Positions 19,573 to 32,784 of a stretch of DNA of 64,000 bases are shown here, piece after piece (the stretch's first letter is position 1; each line of letters starts with the position of its first letter). A model generated the notes under the pieces. The model was not told the DNA's origin, did not search any database, and saw nothing but the letters and a program-made list of their open reading frames with translations. Origin of the DNA: Podarcis gaigeae (lineage: Eukaryota); NCBI GenBank assembly GCA_964106915.2, contig OZ066919.1. One strand, written 5' to 3'. Position numbers and translations under genes: made by a program.

Positions 19573-19878
19573 AACATAAGAAGAGCCTGTGGGATCAGGC
19601 CAAAAAGGCTCATCTGGCCCAGCATCCTGTTCTTACAGTGGCCAACCTATAGGAAGCCAATAAAAAAACCAGGACATGAGTGCAACAGCACTCTCTCCAA
19701 AAGCAATTCCCAGCAACTGTTACTCAGAGGCATACTGCCTATGACAGCGGAGGTAGAATGCAGCAATCTTAGCTAGTAGTGGCTAGGAATTTGTCCAATC
19801 CTCTTTGAAAGCTATCCAGTTTGGTGGTCGTCTTGTGGGAACCAATTCCATAGTTTAACTATGTGCTGTGTGAACACA
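19573..19878 (-). mobile_element. CR1 LINE 3' end
   Basis: AACATAAGAAGAGCCTG.GGGATCAGGCC...CCAGCATCCTGTTCT.ACAGTGGCCAACC. Confidence 0.7.
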
Positions 19879-21461
19879 TAGTTCAGAAGAAGGGCTATTT
19901 TTCGAGAAAAAGAGGTGCCAAAACTCACCATGAATGCCTCCATCGTTCTCTGATAATGGCAATGGCACCCAACTGAAAAATGCCAGAACTAAGTTCTAAT
20001 GAGGAGGAAAAACCCTGGCTACTGCTACAGAAGAGGAGGCTTCTATCAAAGACACCTTGCTCAAGGATGCCCCCCAACATGGCCAGCTGGCCCATGAGTT
20101 GGGGTGAGGTAGTCACCTCCGGCAGCAGAGGCCCAGGAAGTGGTGCGCCCACAGGCAACCCATCTGCCCTACCACTGGTGGGGTAGCAGCAGCAGCACTG
20201 GCTTCCAGCAAAAGATCTTCCAGAACCCACCACCACTGCTTCACAGGCACTGCCATGTAAGGTAAGGGAGGTGGAGGCAGTAGCACCTCAGGCGGCAAAA
20301 CAGGATGCGCTACTCCTGCCTCTCCAAGCCCTGGAGTCAGCGCTAGACATAGTGGTTGCTGTGCTGATCCCAAAGAATATGAGATGCAAAGTGAGTTTAA
20401 CTGTACTCTTGAGTTCCACATAACTCTTCATTGGACAGAAGCACTGGTGATGAAACTCGGACTGGAAAGTTCTGTGATCCATGAAAGCACTCACACTCCT
20501 ATTCAATTTGAGTTTCCCTGTTAAATATAACTTTCTCTAACTTGGATCGATGTATTACAGCCTACTCTTATTATGAGTCATGATCACAGAGTGTCTTACC
20601 CCGTACAACTGTCTATATTGATCACAGAATGGTGTCACCCACAGAAACACAACAGAGATGTTCTTACCTTCACCCCAACTCATCTTCAGATCCTTTCCCA
20701 CATTGTGATGTAAAAAGTGAGCAGTGATTCACCACAGATGCTTGGACGCCAAAATCTAGAACATGCGTACTTTGGGGCATGCATGAAAAGTGTCTTTTAT
20801 ATACTTCCAAGGCAAGAAATAAAACGTTGAACAACCATTATCTTCCATACTGACATGAAGGGGAGGAAATGTACATTTTCAGAAATAATATTGGCATAAC
20901 AGCAATGGGAGAGGCAGTATATGTTTATCTACTACGGAGTCAGGAAAAAAGGTTATGCTTAAAAGTACCCATAAGCCAAGAGGATGGAATTTGAGGTAAA
21001 AATATTTTAACCAACAGGACTTCCCCTGTTGGTTAAAATATTGATTATTGATTTTTGTTGATTACATTATTGTTAGGGTACAAGAGCAGGCAGAAGCCTT
21101 GCATAGCAAATGGAGCTGATACATAAAAGCACATGCTGCAAAGAGCAGTCTAGATCTACACTCTGAACCTGTTTTGATGGAGAAATCATAACCCCAGCAA
21201 ACCCCATGAAAGTCTGTCCTCACCAAGACCAATATTCTACTAGCATCATTTCTGATGTATCCCGGTTGGACAATACGTGTTCTAAAAGTTGCATCCTGCA
21301 ACCTTTTTGCATTTCCACTGTCTTTCTGCTTGCTCTAGCTATCGAAGCTGGTGAGCTCTATCCTGTTTGAAAGGGGTTATGTCTCAAGAATGGCAAAGCT
21401 ATTTGGCAGTTGATCTTGGATACCTCAAACTGGTGGCATTTGCACGGTTAGCCAAAGAACA

Positions 21462-21610
21462 TGGAATCATGAAATTGTAGAGTTGGAAGTGACCTGAGTG
21501 TCAAATAGTCCAACCCCTGCAATGCAGGAATCCTGCACAGAACCATCCCTGGATGGGCTCGAACCACCAATCTTCTGGTTAACAACCAGACACACTGACC
21601 TATTGCACTA
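21462..21610 (-). mobile_element. tRNA-derived SINE with CR1-type tail
   Basis: GGTTCGAGCCC B box, GCAGGGGTTGGACT, CTTCCAACTCTACAATT tail on minus. Confidence 0.7.
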
Positions 21611-24600
21611 CATGTGGGGAAAGGAAGCAGGAGACTGTGTGGATAGGACTCGATTGACTGTAACTGACTAAGCCATACTCTGAGTAGACCCAGTGTAATC
21701 GGTGGACTTAAGTTAGTCAAGCCCATTGATCTCAATGGATGCACCCTGAATATGACTTAAGTCAGATGCGTCCTCATGTGAATTGGCCAGCACAATGGCA
21801 TGCAAGTTGTAGGGAACAGGCTGCCCACTCTGTGCTCAGAATAGTTACAATAACCCACACAGTCTGTAAAGAAGAACATGATTATTCTGAGCATTTAGGA
21901 ATTTGGGAAGCTGCCTTTTGCAGAGTTAAGACCATTGGTCCTTGAGCACAATATTGTTCTCATTGACTGACCCTAGGTCCCCACAGTTTGAGAGAGGGAC
22001 ATTCCTGGCCATAGCTGGAGACGCTGCGCATGAAACCTGGAATCTTCCACATGCAAGGCAGATAAACTGCTACTGAGCTACAGCCCTTCCACAAAGAATT
22101 AGTTTACACAAAAGATATCAACAAGAATCACTGATACTATCCTTCTCTAAATGCCTTCCCCTTTAAATATCTGTACAATAGGTATCTGTACAGCTCCTGA
22201 GATTATTAATCATTTTTACATAGGCAGAAAAGAATGGAATTCATGTTTTTTCACTTTCTTCAGAGGCTCAAAAGACAGTATAATCATTCTAGATGGCTCA
22301 GCCCATGCTCCAAACTGATATATTCTCGTCCATAACAATAATAGGATTATTGGATCCCAACCAAGGATTTATATCTTGCTATTTAATTTTTCAACATGAG
22401 GTCAGATTGATTAATGTGTATCAGATGCATGGATGGTATCTTGAGATAGTCCAAGGAACAAATTCTGAGTGCTTGTCTTGAAAGAGACTTAATAGTCTCT
22501 CCACTGTGTGCTGATCTCCTTCCCTTTAAAAGTCAGTCCTCACACATCTCTGCAGAGCAGTAGTGCATCAGTGAATCATAAATAAATTACAGAACTAACT
22601 AGCTATTTTTGAAGAGCATGCAGTTTAGGTAATGCATATGCTTCCTCCCTAATCCAGCTCAAGGAACGAGATTGATTGTCAAGCCCACTTGACAGCATCT
22701 GGAAAAACCATCTTCATTGGTCATGTTTCTGTCTGAGATGTTCAGTTCTGCTCCATCAGCTGTTTGAAGAAGGCTATTGGTATATGCTTGATTACGGGGT
22801 CATTTCACCCATTGGATACCTCCCTCCTATTAAGTTTCATCAGAAGATTAGATGTGACTTCCAAGGTCAGCAAGAGGACTGTGCCAACCCATGGATTAAA
22901 TAAATGTAGTAGAAACCACAAGAATGGCAAGAGTATTTATGAGAGGTGCACATTTGCTCTGTGTGCACTCTGAATTACAAGGCAAATGGGCTGATTGGAT
23001 GACATTTCCACCTGCCTGAGTCAAAGTGTGCCTTTCAGCAAGATGCCTCAAGTCAGTTCAGGGACTCCGTAAAGTCTCAAGTTGTTCTGTGGTCTCAGGC
23101 GTCCAAAAAATCCTGAATTTTGTCACTTAGAATAAAGCTGCATATATATTTTTAAGAGCAAAACCAAGCTGATGAATGAAATGCTGAGCTTGAGTGGAGA
23201 GATCTTTTCTTTTGATGGACAGCTCTAGGTTTTCATTGCAGTGAATTGTTTCCCCGTGGCATGCCAATTACTGTGATTTGGGAAATAGATGTTCTGCCTG
23301 GGAAAAGCAGGGTGTGCAGAAGAGCAGTGGACTATTGGCATCCTTCTCAATCACTTCCCCCCCTAACAATTAAAATCAGTAGTTCAATCACCTTGTTTTT
23401 ACACTGCTCATATTTTCTCCCCCATTTGTGTTAATCTGGTTCTTAGTCTGCAGACTTTTAGGAGAGATCAGCATAGGGTCACTCAACTTTCCCTCTCCCT
23501 CAGTTCAGTTGTAGAGCTTTTTGTGTAACTACTGTAGTTTCTTTTTATTCTAATCACTTTGTTTTCCAACAAACACCTACTTCATTTTTCATGCCATTTG
23601 TTTTCCCTTATTTTCCCTTAGGTTAGTTTGTGCAAACTTCTCACAAGTCCCCACATCTCTTTGTGTGCATGTGTTTTTCTTTCCACCCTCACCCCCAGTT
23701 TTAACTTACTTTTTCAAAGTTTTATACTCCTCTCTTCATTTTAGGGTACCTGTAATTTCGCTGTGTTGAATTATTGCTGTCCGGTATTAATATTTTTTAA
23801 TTAAAGTTTTCTCCCGCTTTAAGTTTGGTGCTCTTTCCTCACTCAAGTAAGCCTGCTTGTCCCTTAAAGTAAGCTCCCATTTGCATTGCTCATTGCCAGC
23901 CTTTTATTGCCCATAAAACGCATCCACCCCAAAATAGAAAAGTCTTGTCCTTGCAGGAGAACCACTCCACCTATAACATGCTGAAAGATGACAGGCTTCA
24001 TCTCTTGAAATAAAAATTTAAAAGACACTGAAATACACCCACAACAGTGGACTAATTTATGTAAAATATATTGCAGCCACAGTGAAAAATGTATGCTTAT
24101 CTCTGATTTAAACAAGAAGACACAGCTGAAACAGATAATCTAAAAGCATAACATTATTGGGATATGTTGCATTTTATTTCTGCAGCACAATATAAAGTAC
24201 GCTGTATGCTGCAAGCAGCTCTAAATTTATCTTAATGGGCCTTTTAGTTATACATATAAAACCACCTATCATTTTACTTGCATACAGAGTACTTTACTTG
24301 AAACCTACAGTGCAAACCAATTGCTGACAGTTCAATGACCACTTGCCACATTCCTCTTATATAACTCTTTCCATTTTGACAACATGCACATTGTTTTAAA
24401 TTTATTATTGTAATGTTTCCTCCATGGAGATCTTCTTGATACCCAAGAGCGTTTGGAAAACAACCCCTCCCCTTTTCCAAAGTCAAGGAGTCTGTGCTTT
24501 CAAAGCATGGAATCCTATGTTCACCTACTTGGACACAAGACCCACTGAAAACTGTAGGACTTGCTTCTGAGTAAACATGCATAAGATCAAGCTGTACCAG

Positions 24601-26309
24601 AGAGCTGAATAAATATCCAGTCTAGAAATTTGTGTTTGATTCTGCTTTCAGTGTGTCTGTTCTGGATGCTAAGGCACTAAGTTTCCATTGAAAAATAAGT
24701 CAGCTTTTGTGAATGTTCTATAGTTCACTGTGCAAGCATGGAATTTTGGATCAGACTATAAACTGCTTATATGTAGGACCTTATAAAAGGCCATTATTCT
24801 TTCCAAGTTTTTGTTGTTATGGTTACAAAGACAGGGGAAATGCGGGCAGAATTCTCATGATAGCCAAGTGCCTTTCTAAGCCTTGAAAGAGGAACCTCCA
24901 CATACAGAGGCAGTATAGGTATATCTGAATGTCAGATGCAGAAACAAACAACAGAGGCTGTGCTCAATTTGAAAGCATCCAGAGCCATTGGGTTGACTTC
25001 AGCTGGAAACAAAACACTGTACTTGGTGGTCCTTGGACAGAGCAAGGCAATTCGTATTTTCTTCCTCTTATTGCCTTGCTTATTTGGAGGGTCACCTAGA
25101 AAAGCATTTTAGTTTCCAGCTGAAACTAACTCAGTGCCTCTGGATGCTCATTAAGTGAACCGCTGTAGGTTTTCAGGGTCTGGTTTACTCCCCACTCCCC
25201 TCAATCCTTCCTTTCCTTAGCAGAGAGATGGCTAACCTGTGGCCCTCCCAGCTGTTGTCCATCATTCGTGGCCACAGGCTATGCTGATGGGAGCTGAAAA
25301 TTCAGTGGGTAAGCCTCCCAGCCCTACTATGGTGTGTATTATCCAGCATGTTTACTCACGAACTGTCTGAAGAGATGCCTGGCATTGTTAAGGCAGCAGG
25401 GACTAAAGGTTTCTTGTTCATTCATTCTATTTTTAACTCTCCCTTTCTCCACGGAGGTCAAGGTTCCCTGTGTGGCTTCCCTTAACTCACTGTAATAGCC
25501 CTGTGTAGTAGATGTTGACTTGCCCAAGGTCATACTGAATGCTCTGACTTTTTAGAGGCCAGATTTGTATACCTCCCCCCCCACAAAATTTCATTTCTTA
25601 AAATGTATACACAGCTTGACTTGGTTTGTGTGTTTTTTTTGTGGGGGTTCTTTGTTTTTGATTTTTTTTAAAAAAAAGAGCCCTCAAAGCAGTTTGCAAA
25701 AAGAAGCCAGCAGTAATCTTGTGCCTTGTTGGTAAAACAGGGGTTGCCAAGGGGGAGGCCAGATGTTGCTGGACTACAACTGCCACCCTCCCTAACCATT
25801 GGCCTTGCTGGCTGAGGCTGATGGAAGTGGGAGTCTCATCAAGCGAGGAGCACTCTATTGCACTCCCATTCCTGCTTGATGGTTTCCTATAGGCAACTTG
25901 CTCACCAATGTGAGAATAGGATGCTGGCCCACATGGGCCTTTGGCCTGATCCAAGCAGGGCTTTGGGGTCCAATGATCTGGAGGGTCACAGGCTCTCTAC
26001 CCCTGCCATAAACTCCAGAGATAAACTGCTAGTATAAAAGTATTGTAATAATGAAAGCCTCAGGCTATCCCATGGAAGGGGCAGCCACAGGGCACAAAAC
26101 TGTGCCTGAAATTTAATCCACGCAGAGATGAGGCCAATTAGACTCACCGGCATTGGGGACAATGAAGCTGGCACCATCCTTTGCCCTTGGTTTTGATGGT
26201 AAACTGGGGTACCAACTTGAATAAAATATGGGGAGGGGCAGATAAGCCCCACCCTGTATGATCAATCACAAAATGTGGTGTGCACACACCATTTGAATGG
26301 CAATAGCCA

Positions 26310-26564
26310 GTGGCGCTGTGGGTTAAACCACAGAGCCTAGGACTTGCTGATCAGAAGGTCGGCGGTTCGAATCCCCGAGACAGCGGGAAGGTAAACGGTG
26401 TTTCCGTGCGCTGCTCTGATTTGCCAGAAGCGGCTTAGTCATGCTGGTCACATGACCCGGAAGCTGTACGCCGGCTCCCTTGGCCAATAAAGTGAGATGA
26501 GCGCCGCAACCCCAGAGTCAGCCACGACTGGACCTAATGGTCAGGGGTCCCTTTACCTTTACCT
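26310..26564 (+). mobile_element. Sauria SINE with ~90-bp internal deletion
   Basis: Highly similar to the 772-1118 copy but lacks the segment corresponding to ~849-940; ACCTTT tail. Confidence 0.9.
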
Positions 26565-26659
26565 ATAAACTCGGGGTGGGGGGCTGGCCCCTCAAATACT
26601 TTATTGGAGGGTCAATGGGATCTCAGCTCCCACGAGTTGGCTCCTAGGATGGAAACAAA

Positions 26660-27850
26660 TGGCGTGGGAGCTGCAGGTGGGGAGGAGGGCGCCTGCTCTC
26701 GGCGGCTGTCCTGGAAGCAACCAAAGATGGAAAGCATCCCTCGGCGAGATCCGGAGCTATTTCAGGGCTGCTTCGGAGTCGCGCGTGGTTCTTCCCTCCG
26801 CCCCGATTCTTCCCGCCATCCGCATCTTCGCCGCGCAGCCAGGAAGCGCCCCCTCCCTTCCTCTCCCCGGGGGCGCGCGCGCAGACACACCTGTAGTCCA
26901 TCTGCTCGTCCTTCCCGCCCATCCCCGCCCCCGCGGGAAGGAAGCCTCGCGAAGCTGGCGCGCGTGTAGCGGGGCGCCGGTGGGTGCCCACCCGGGCGCC
27001 ACACCTACCGCGGCGGCGGGGGAAGGAGCCTCTCGCGCGGCCCCCACCTCCTTCACGAGCTCTCCAAATCTCCCCCACCCCACCCCAACACACACATACT
27101 CCTCCCCGCAAAAAAAAGGAGGGGACAGGCAGCGCGCGAATGGGCGCCTTGTGAGCATGTGCGGAATACTAGCTGGAACTGGTTTCGCGGAGGGCGCTTG
27201 TGAGCTGCAAGGAGCGGCTGGCTCGTCCTGCGCGCTTCGCCACAGCCGACGAGGCTCCGGGCGGCGCAGCAGCGCCCTCCCCTCTCCTGCCATTGGCAGC
27301 CCCGGCCAGGCTTCCTTCCCCCGCCGTCGGGAGCGGCTGGGTGTTCTCCTCTTCCTCCTCCTCCATCCCGGCCTCCTCGGTCTTCTCAGCCCTTGCGCCG
27401 CGCCGCCCGCAGCCCTTGGCCGCCTTCGGGGCCTGCCTCCTCCGGTCTCCGGGCGCGGCCCGGCGAAGGTGGGCGTGGCGAACCCGGGGCTTTCGCAGCC
27501 CCCCGACGCTCCTCCCCTTGGAAGTACATAACGGGAGCGGATGGGGCTGGCTGAGTGAGGGAGGAGGGTGAGTGTGCGCGGCCAAAGCTCGCTTGCGCGG
27601 CTCGGTTACTTTGTGTCTTTTTCCAGCGCCGGTTCCAGCGTCGCCCAGCAGCCGCTGCCCGGATCTCCGCAGGGCAGGCCCGGCCCGGCTCTGGTCTCTC
27701 GCCCGTCGTCCACTCCTCCTTCTTCGCCCGGGAGCTGCTCGCTGCTGTTGTTGTTGTCGTGTGTTTTTTCTCAATGAACAGGGCGAAACCCGGCTCTGCC
27801 CTTCTGCCGTAGTGCGATTCCTTCTCTTCGCTTTCAAGGCGAAAGGAAGA
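26660..27850. promoter_or_regulatory. Intragenic CpG island 1 / alternative DLGAP4 promoter
   Basis: ~1.2 kb very GC- and CpG-rich stretch against an AT-rich, CpG-depleted background; GC boxes; donor GG|GTGAGT at 27568; short-isoform exon immediately downstream. Confidence 0.85.
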
Positions 27851-27936
27851 ACAGTCTTCTCTCCTTTTTTCTCTTTTCTTCTCTCTCTCTTTCCCTTCTT
27901 TCTCCCTTTTTAGCCCCCCCCCCCCCATCTTGTGTC

Positions 27937-27967
27937 ATGGCTTTGTGTCTGGAGCTATTTAAACAAT
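27937..27967 (+). CDS. DLGAP4: DLGAP4 short-isoform alternative first coding exon (MALCLELFKQ-C)
   Basis: gtcATGG start, ATG GCT TTG TGT CTG GAG CTA TTT AAA CAA T|GTGAGT; phase-1 donor matches the phase of the 7869 donor; resembles the recalled mammalian short isoform N-terminus MALCLELLKQCSSCLVAYKK; lies at the 3' edge of a CpG island. Confidence 0.85.
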
Positions 27968-30054
27968 GTGAGTGTACTGAATTGTGTGTGGGCTTTTTTC
28001 CATTATGGCATGCAAATCTCGGGAAGGCTTTGCAAGCGGCCGCTCAAGGTTGTGCTTCATATATATATATATATACTGTATTGTTTTCAGTTTGTCGGGC
28101 TGTCATTTTGAATGCATCCGTTCTGTGCATATATCGCATAATGCTCTAGCTGGTAGACCTTTAAATGCAAAAAAGGGGGGGGGGGAATCATTCCCATTTC
28201 CTGTTGTGAGCGAATTGCTTTCGGATACAGAAGTGCTCCGAGTAAGTGGGCGGGTGCTGAGGGTAGCCTGCTTGGATGTGGGAAAGGCTTGGTTTTTTCA
28301 ATGGCTTACCCGCTTCCCTTTTTTCCTGCCTATCCGGTTGCATTTTCAGCTAAATCCTGAGCTTGAGTGGCTTGTATTAATGGGGGGGGGGAGGCGAGGT
28401 TGATGGCACATATGCCCGGTTCTCCCCACTGCATGGCTCTGTGCTTGATCAGAAATTGTTGTCACTTTTGCTGAGATATATTTAGTCTACTCGTGGCATT
28501 CCAGATCATGACAGGATATGAAATCACTTTCCTATATTTATGCCATCCCAGACTAAACGTGAGCCATATGTGCATTTGTGTCTGCTTGAGTAATGAAAAG
28601 ACACAGATTGGGGGTTAATCATCTAGTTTTTCCTTAATAGCACTGCTGTTAGTTGAGCATTTGTGTTATCTTATTAATATTTTAAAAAATGGTACTAAAA
28701 GTTCTAATATTTTCCATGTGTGTGACATAAAAATTGTCTGGGCACAAACTGTGCAAACCTGTACAGTTGTGATTGAGATGTATCCTGTCACAGATTGCTG
28801 CTGAAGGCTGCTAGGAAACAGGGTGTTCTTAATGGGTTGGGGGAAAACTGCTGATTTAAGGCTTCTTCACATCACATATTGCCTAAAGCCACAAAGTAGA
28901 AGGAAAGGTGACATGAAAGGACACCCTCTTTCCCTTGTAGAACTGAAAGAACTTACAAGAAATGAACTCATTGGGGATTTCTTAAGGAGCCCTAAGCAAA
29001 TATAATGATATATTACAGATATAAAAACCAGTGCCTGATAAAACAAGAAATTTTCCATTGAGATGTGATGCCCAGTTATCTGAAAGTGTGTGATTTTGCC
29101 CCTAAGCATGTGGCTAAGGCACTGCAAAATTAGAGAGTACTTTTTTAAAAAAAGCTTTAAATGATGATAATATGACAGAATTAATGAATGCATGTAGACT
29201 TGTGGGTAGATATATGAGTAAAGTTTTTACAGCCCTAACACACCTTGGAATTCAGTTTCCAAATATGGTTTGCTTATTTTTCCTTTCCTATCATGAACAC
29301 ATCTTCCACCCTGCCAGATCTTTATTCATTATGAAACAAATTCCTGGGTACATAAAGTGATGCTAAAATTAAACTGCTTGTCCTGTCATCAGTATACAGC
29401 TGCATAGAGGGACATAAAAAGGTCTGGAGCCTCTTCTCTCTTTCTCTCCTTAGTGAACTATTTTCTCCCTTTTACTGAAGGGAAACCTGTCCTTGCTTTG
29501 CAGTCAGCCCTTTCCATCCCTGGGGCTTGCCTATGTGAACTGGTTCCCAAAAGAAAATAGCCTCTTGACAACGGCAGCAGAAGGTGTTGCAATGACATAC
29601 TGTGTTTATAGAGGAAAGTATGCCTGGAGTGCTGCTTATTTTGAACTAATGAGTCCTTAATTGGCCAGAATACTTTATTGCTTGGTAATCCCTGGCCTGG
29701 CTTTTCTTCATGAGATGCTCACCAGAGGTAGAGAATTGCTAAAGCGACGCTGGGCTTGCAGAATGGTTTTATTGTTGTGTATGAATGCAAAGCAAAGTAA
29801 TTCAAGGACCTGAGTGTGTTCTTACTGTAAGGAAGCCAGGTGGTGTGCCTGAATAGGCAAATAATCCTTGTGGCATACGGTAATTGCCATGTGTAATGGA
29901 CTGGATGTCCCTTATGTCAGTAGAGGCAATTTCAGAAAGTCCCTTATATCATAAATGTTAAATCTGACAAAAGCTGCAGTCGTCTTTGCACTGACACCTT
30001 ATGTGCAAGAGAATACCTGAGGACCAGGAAAAATTAGCAGAAAGAGCATATGTA

Positions 30055-30182
30055 GCATGAGACTCTTAATTTCAGGGTCATGAGTTTGAGTGCCACATTG
30101 GGCAAAAGATTCCTGCATGGCAGGGGGTTGGATTTGGTGACCCTTGTGGTCCCTTCCAGCTTGACAATTATGTGATTCCATG
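30055..30182 (+). mobile_element. tRNA-Lys-like SINE with CR1-type tail
   Basis: GAGACTCTTAAT.TCAGGGTC tRNA-Lys-like arm; GCAGGGGGTTGGA; GGTCCCTTCCA tail. Confidence 0.7.
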
Positions 30183-31991
30183 CTGGGGCCCTCATTTTAC
30201 CCCTGCTTCTCAAGCCACTTGGGTGTTCGTGCAGCCTCTGTGCACTCTCCACATCTTTGGAGAGTTGGGTAACCCTCTGGAGCAAATTTCAGAAGGCAGA
30301 AGGGCTGTAAAGAGGAGAGGAAGTCTGCTCACACACGGTTGAATAGTCATCCCTTGCTGAGAATCTGAACACTTAGCAGAAATACTATAGAAATGGTACA
30401 ATTGAAGCTAAACTTAAAACTTTGTCAGCCTTGTAAACTAAGTGGAGTCAAGCTAGGTCAGCATTTGAATGGGGGTTAGTAGTTATCTCATTGCTGCTGT
30501 ACATTGTATTTGATTGCATCATGTGTTGAGATATAATGGGCAGAGTTCGCCAAAGAAGCTCTGTCTGACTTCAGCTTTTGCAGTGGGTCTTTCCGCACTC
30601 TCCTACCCTGCAATTGGATTTGAGGGGAGTTGAGAGAACCCTCAGAACAGCATGCAGGAGGGAAAGAGGGTGGATAATTCCATGCACAGTCAAAATGGTT
30701 GGAAGAGCATGATATTGAATTCCACACTATGTTGGAAACTGCCTGGTGATTCCTAAGCAATAAAAGGCTGATTTATATATTTTGGTAAATAGATACTTTG
30801 AGGAGACTGTTGCAGAGTCATAAAGTGATATTGGTGTGTTGTGCCACTCTGCAGGTAGAGTTATTACTTTTGCCTGAAACTAAATTGGTGACATTGAGTG
30901 ATAAGTTTATCCAAAAGTTCAGGATACTTAAAGCAGTACAGTATTCAAGTTTTACTCAGAGTGGACCCATTGAAATTAATGAACCAAAGTCATGTTCATT
31001 CATTTCATTGAGTCAGTTTTGAGTAAAATGAAGTTCTGGCTAGCATATGTAATACATATTATTTTTAAAAAACCGACTCATGGTCTCATGCATTGTATTC
31101 CATTCCTCTTCTAAATTTTGGTGTTGGTATTCTTCAGCTGGCGGTGTCCTGCAACTTTTTCTGGCTGAGAGAAATTTGGTAAAGTTGGGGAAGGGCACAA
31201 CAGTGAACTCCTGGGAAAACTGATTCTATGTTGCCCTAACTTGTGTTGTGTGGATAGAGCAGCAATGTGAGGGGGGAGGCTTTTACGAGAGCCCTTTGCT
31301 TATACAGTATGGAAGTCTCTACCCATGTTTATTTTAGCAAATTGTTGTCATGCGGGGCAACAGAGAAGGCAAGAAGGCTTGTTGTAGATTTTCAAAGGCT
31401 GGTTCATCTTGCTATGTGAACTGTTTTCTAATGTAGCTTGCCAATTCTGTATTAGTTGTTACCCATATAAACATTTGTCTTTTTAAAGCCCATGAACCAT
31501 TTAAATTGGCTTGCAAAATTTAAAATCACAGTGCAATAACAAATGTAATACAGCAATAAAAATACACAAATTAAACATTTAAACACGTTAAAAGGCAGCT
31601 GTGTTGGAGAGCACAGGTAAAAATGACCGTCACAAATAATACTGCTTTCCAATAGGAAAAAACGTCTGTGGCTTTTGCTGGCTGGTAAAGGAACCCATCT
31701 GCACTTCGCAGAGCATGGTATTCCACAATACTGGTGCAGCCAATTAATTTTCAATAAATAATTTCTGTCTTTAGCAAATGCAGTATTCATTTCTGGTAGG
31801 AAATCTTAGCCAGCTCACCCCCTCAAACTAATACAATAAAAAATAATTTCTGTTAGAAACTACTTTACATGTGGCTACCTAAAACACACTGCAGATTTGA
31901 GGCATTAACGTTGAAACCAGATAGGAAAAGAGAGCTCCAAATTGTATTCCTAATTCAACTAACAGACAAGATGCAAGAGTTAATGGACTCT

Positions 31992-31994
<3 letters not shown>

Positions 31995-32039
<45 letters not shown>
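31995..32039. repeat. (CT)n microsatellite
   Basis: Directly visible. Confidence 0.95.
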
Positions 32040-32040
<1 letters not shown>

Positions 32041-32766
32041 ACCCACACACTTAATTTTTGCTAGGGTGATTACCAACAAGTTTAGTGCAATATACTGTAT
32101 CTCTTATGTCTGAGCAGAATTTTGTTCAAAAAGGTTCAAAATTACCTGTCCCCCTTCCCCCACAAAAAGCTGCACAACCTGTGGCAAATAAGATACAGGC
32201 ATGACCAGATAAAAGCTACATGAAGCTGGAAAGGGGTCTCTGAACATGCTGTCATGTTACCTTTAAAAACCCTGTAATAAAATATCTATATTGCTATCCT
32301 AGTCACATTAGTTACAGACTCTGCAACTATGTTCTTGGTTCTACTGTACTTTGAAAGGGCTTGTTGTAACAGTAAAAGGTGCACTGGTTCACTTTACACG
32401 AGGGATGGGAAACTTGTGGCTCTCCAAATACTGCTGGACTGTGCTTCTCATCATCTCTGACCCTTGACCGTGGGACGGATGAGAGTCAAGCAGTGAGAGC
32501 TACAGGTTCCTCACCTGTTTCGTGATAAAAGATGAGAAGGTGAAAAGCATTGTAAAGAGGGGTCTGCTTGATTCCTCATTTAAAAACTCACTTTATCTAA
32601 TAAACCCATTGATATCCTTAGGCACACCACCTATTTCATTATGTAGAAATATAAATGCTGGCTTATTTCCCAGGCCCATTGAAAAATTTGCTTTAGAGAT
32701 TATGTGAAGTGCTTTGATTTCTCTAAAGTGTGTTGTTGTTGTTTGTTGTTTGTTTGTTTGCATTGA

Positions 32767-32784
32767 GGCCAGGAGATGGCAGCG
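32767..32784 (+). promoter_or_regulatory. Candidate CTCF site
   Basis: GGCCAGGAGATGGCAGCG, one mismatch to the CCASYAGRKGGCRS core. Confidence 0.45.

Noticed and set aside
26604-27928. Long overlapping ORFs (up to 290 aa) on both strands in CpG island 1
   Set aside because: Expected from very high GC content; low-complexity Arg/Ala/Pro/Gly products with no recognisable domain
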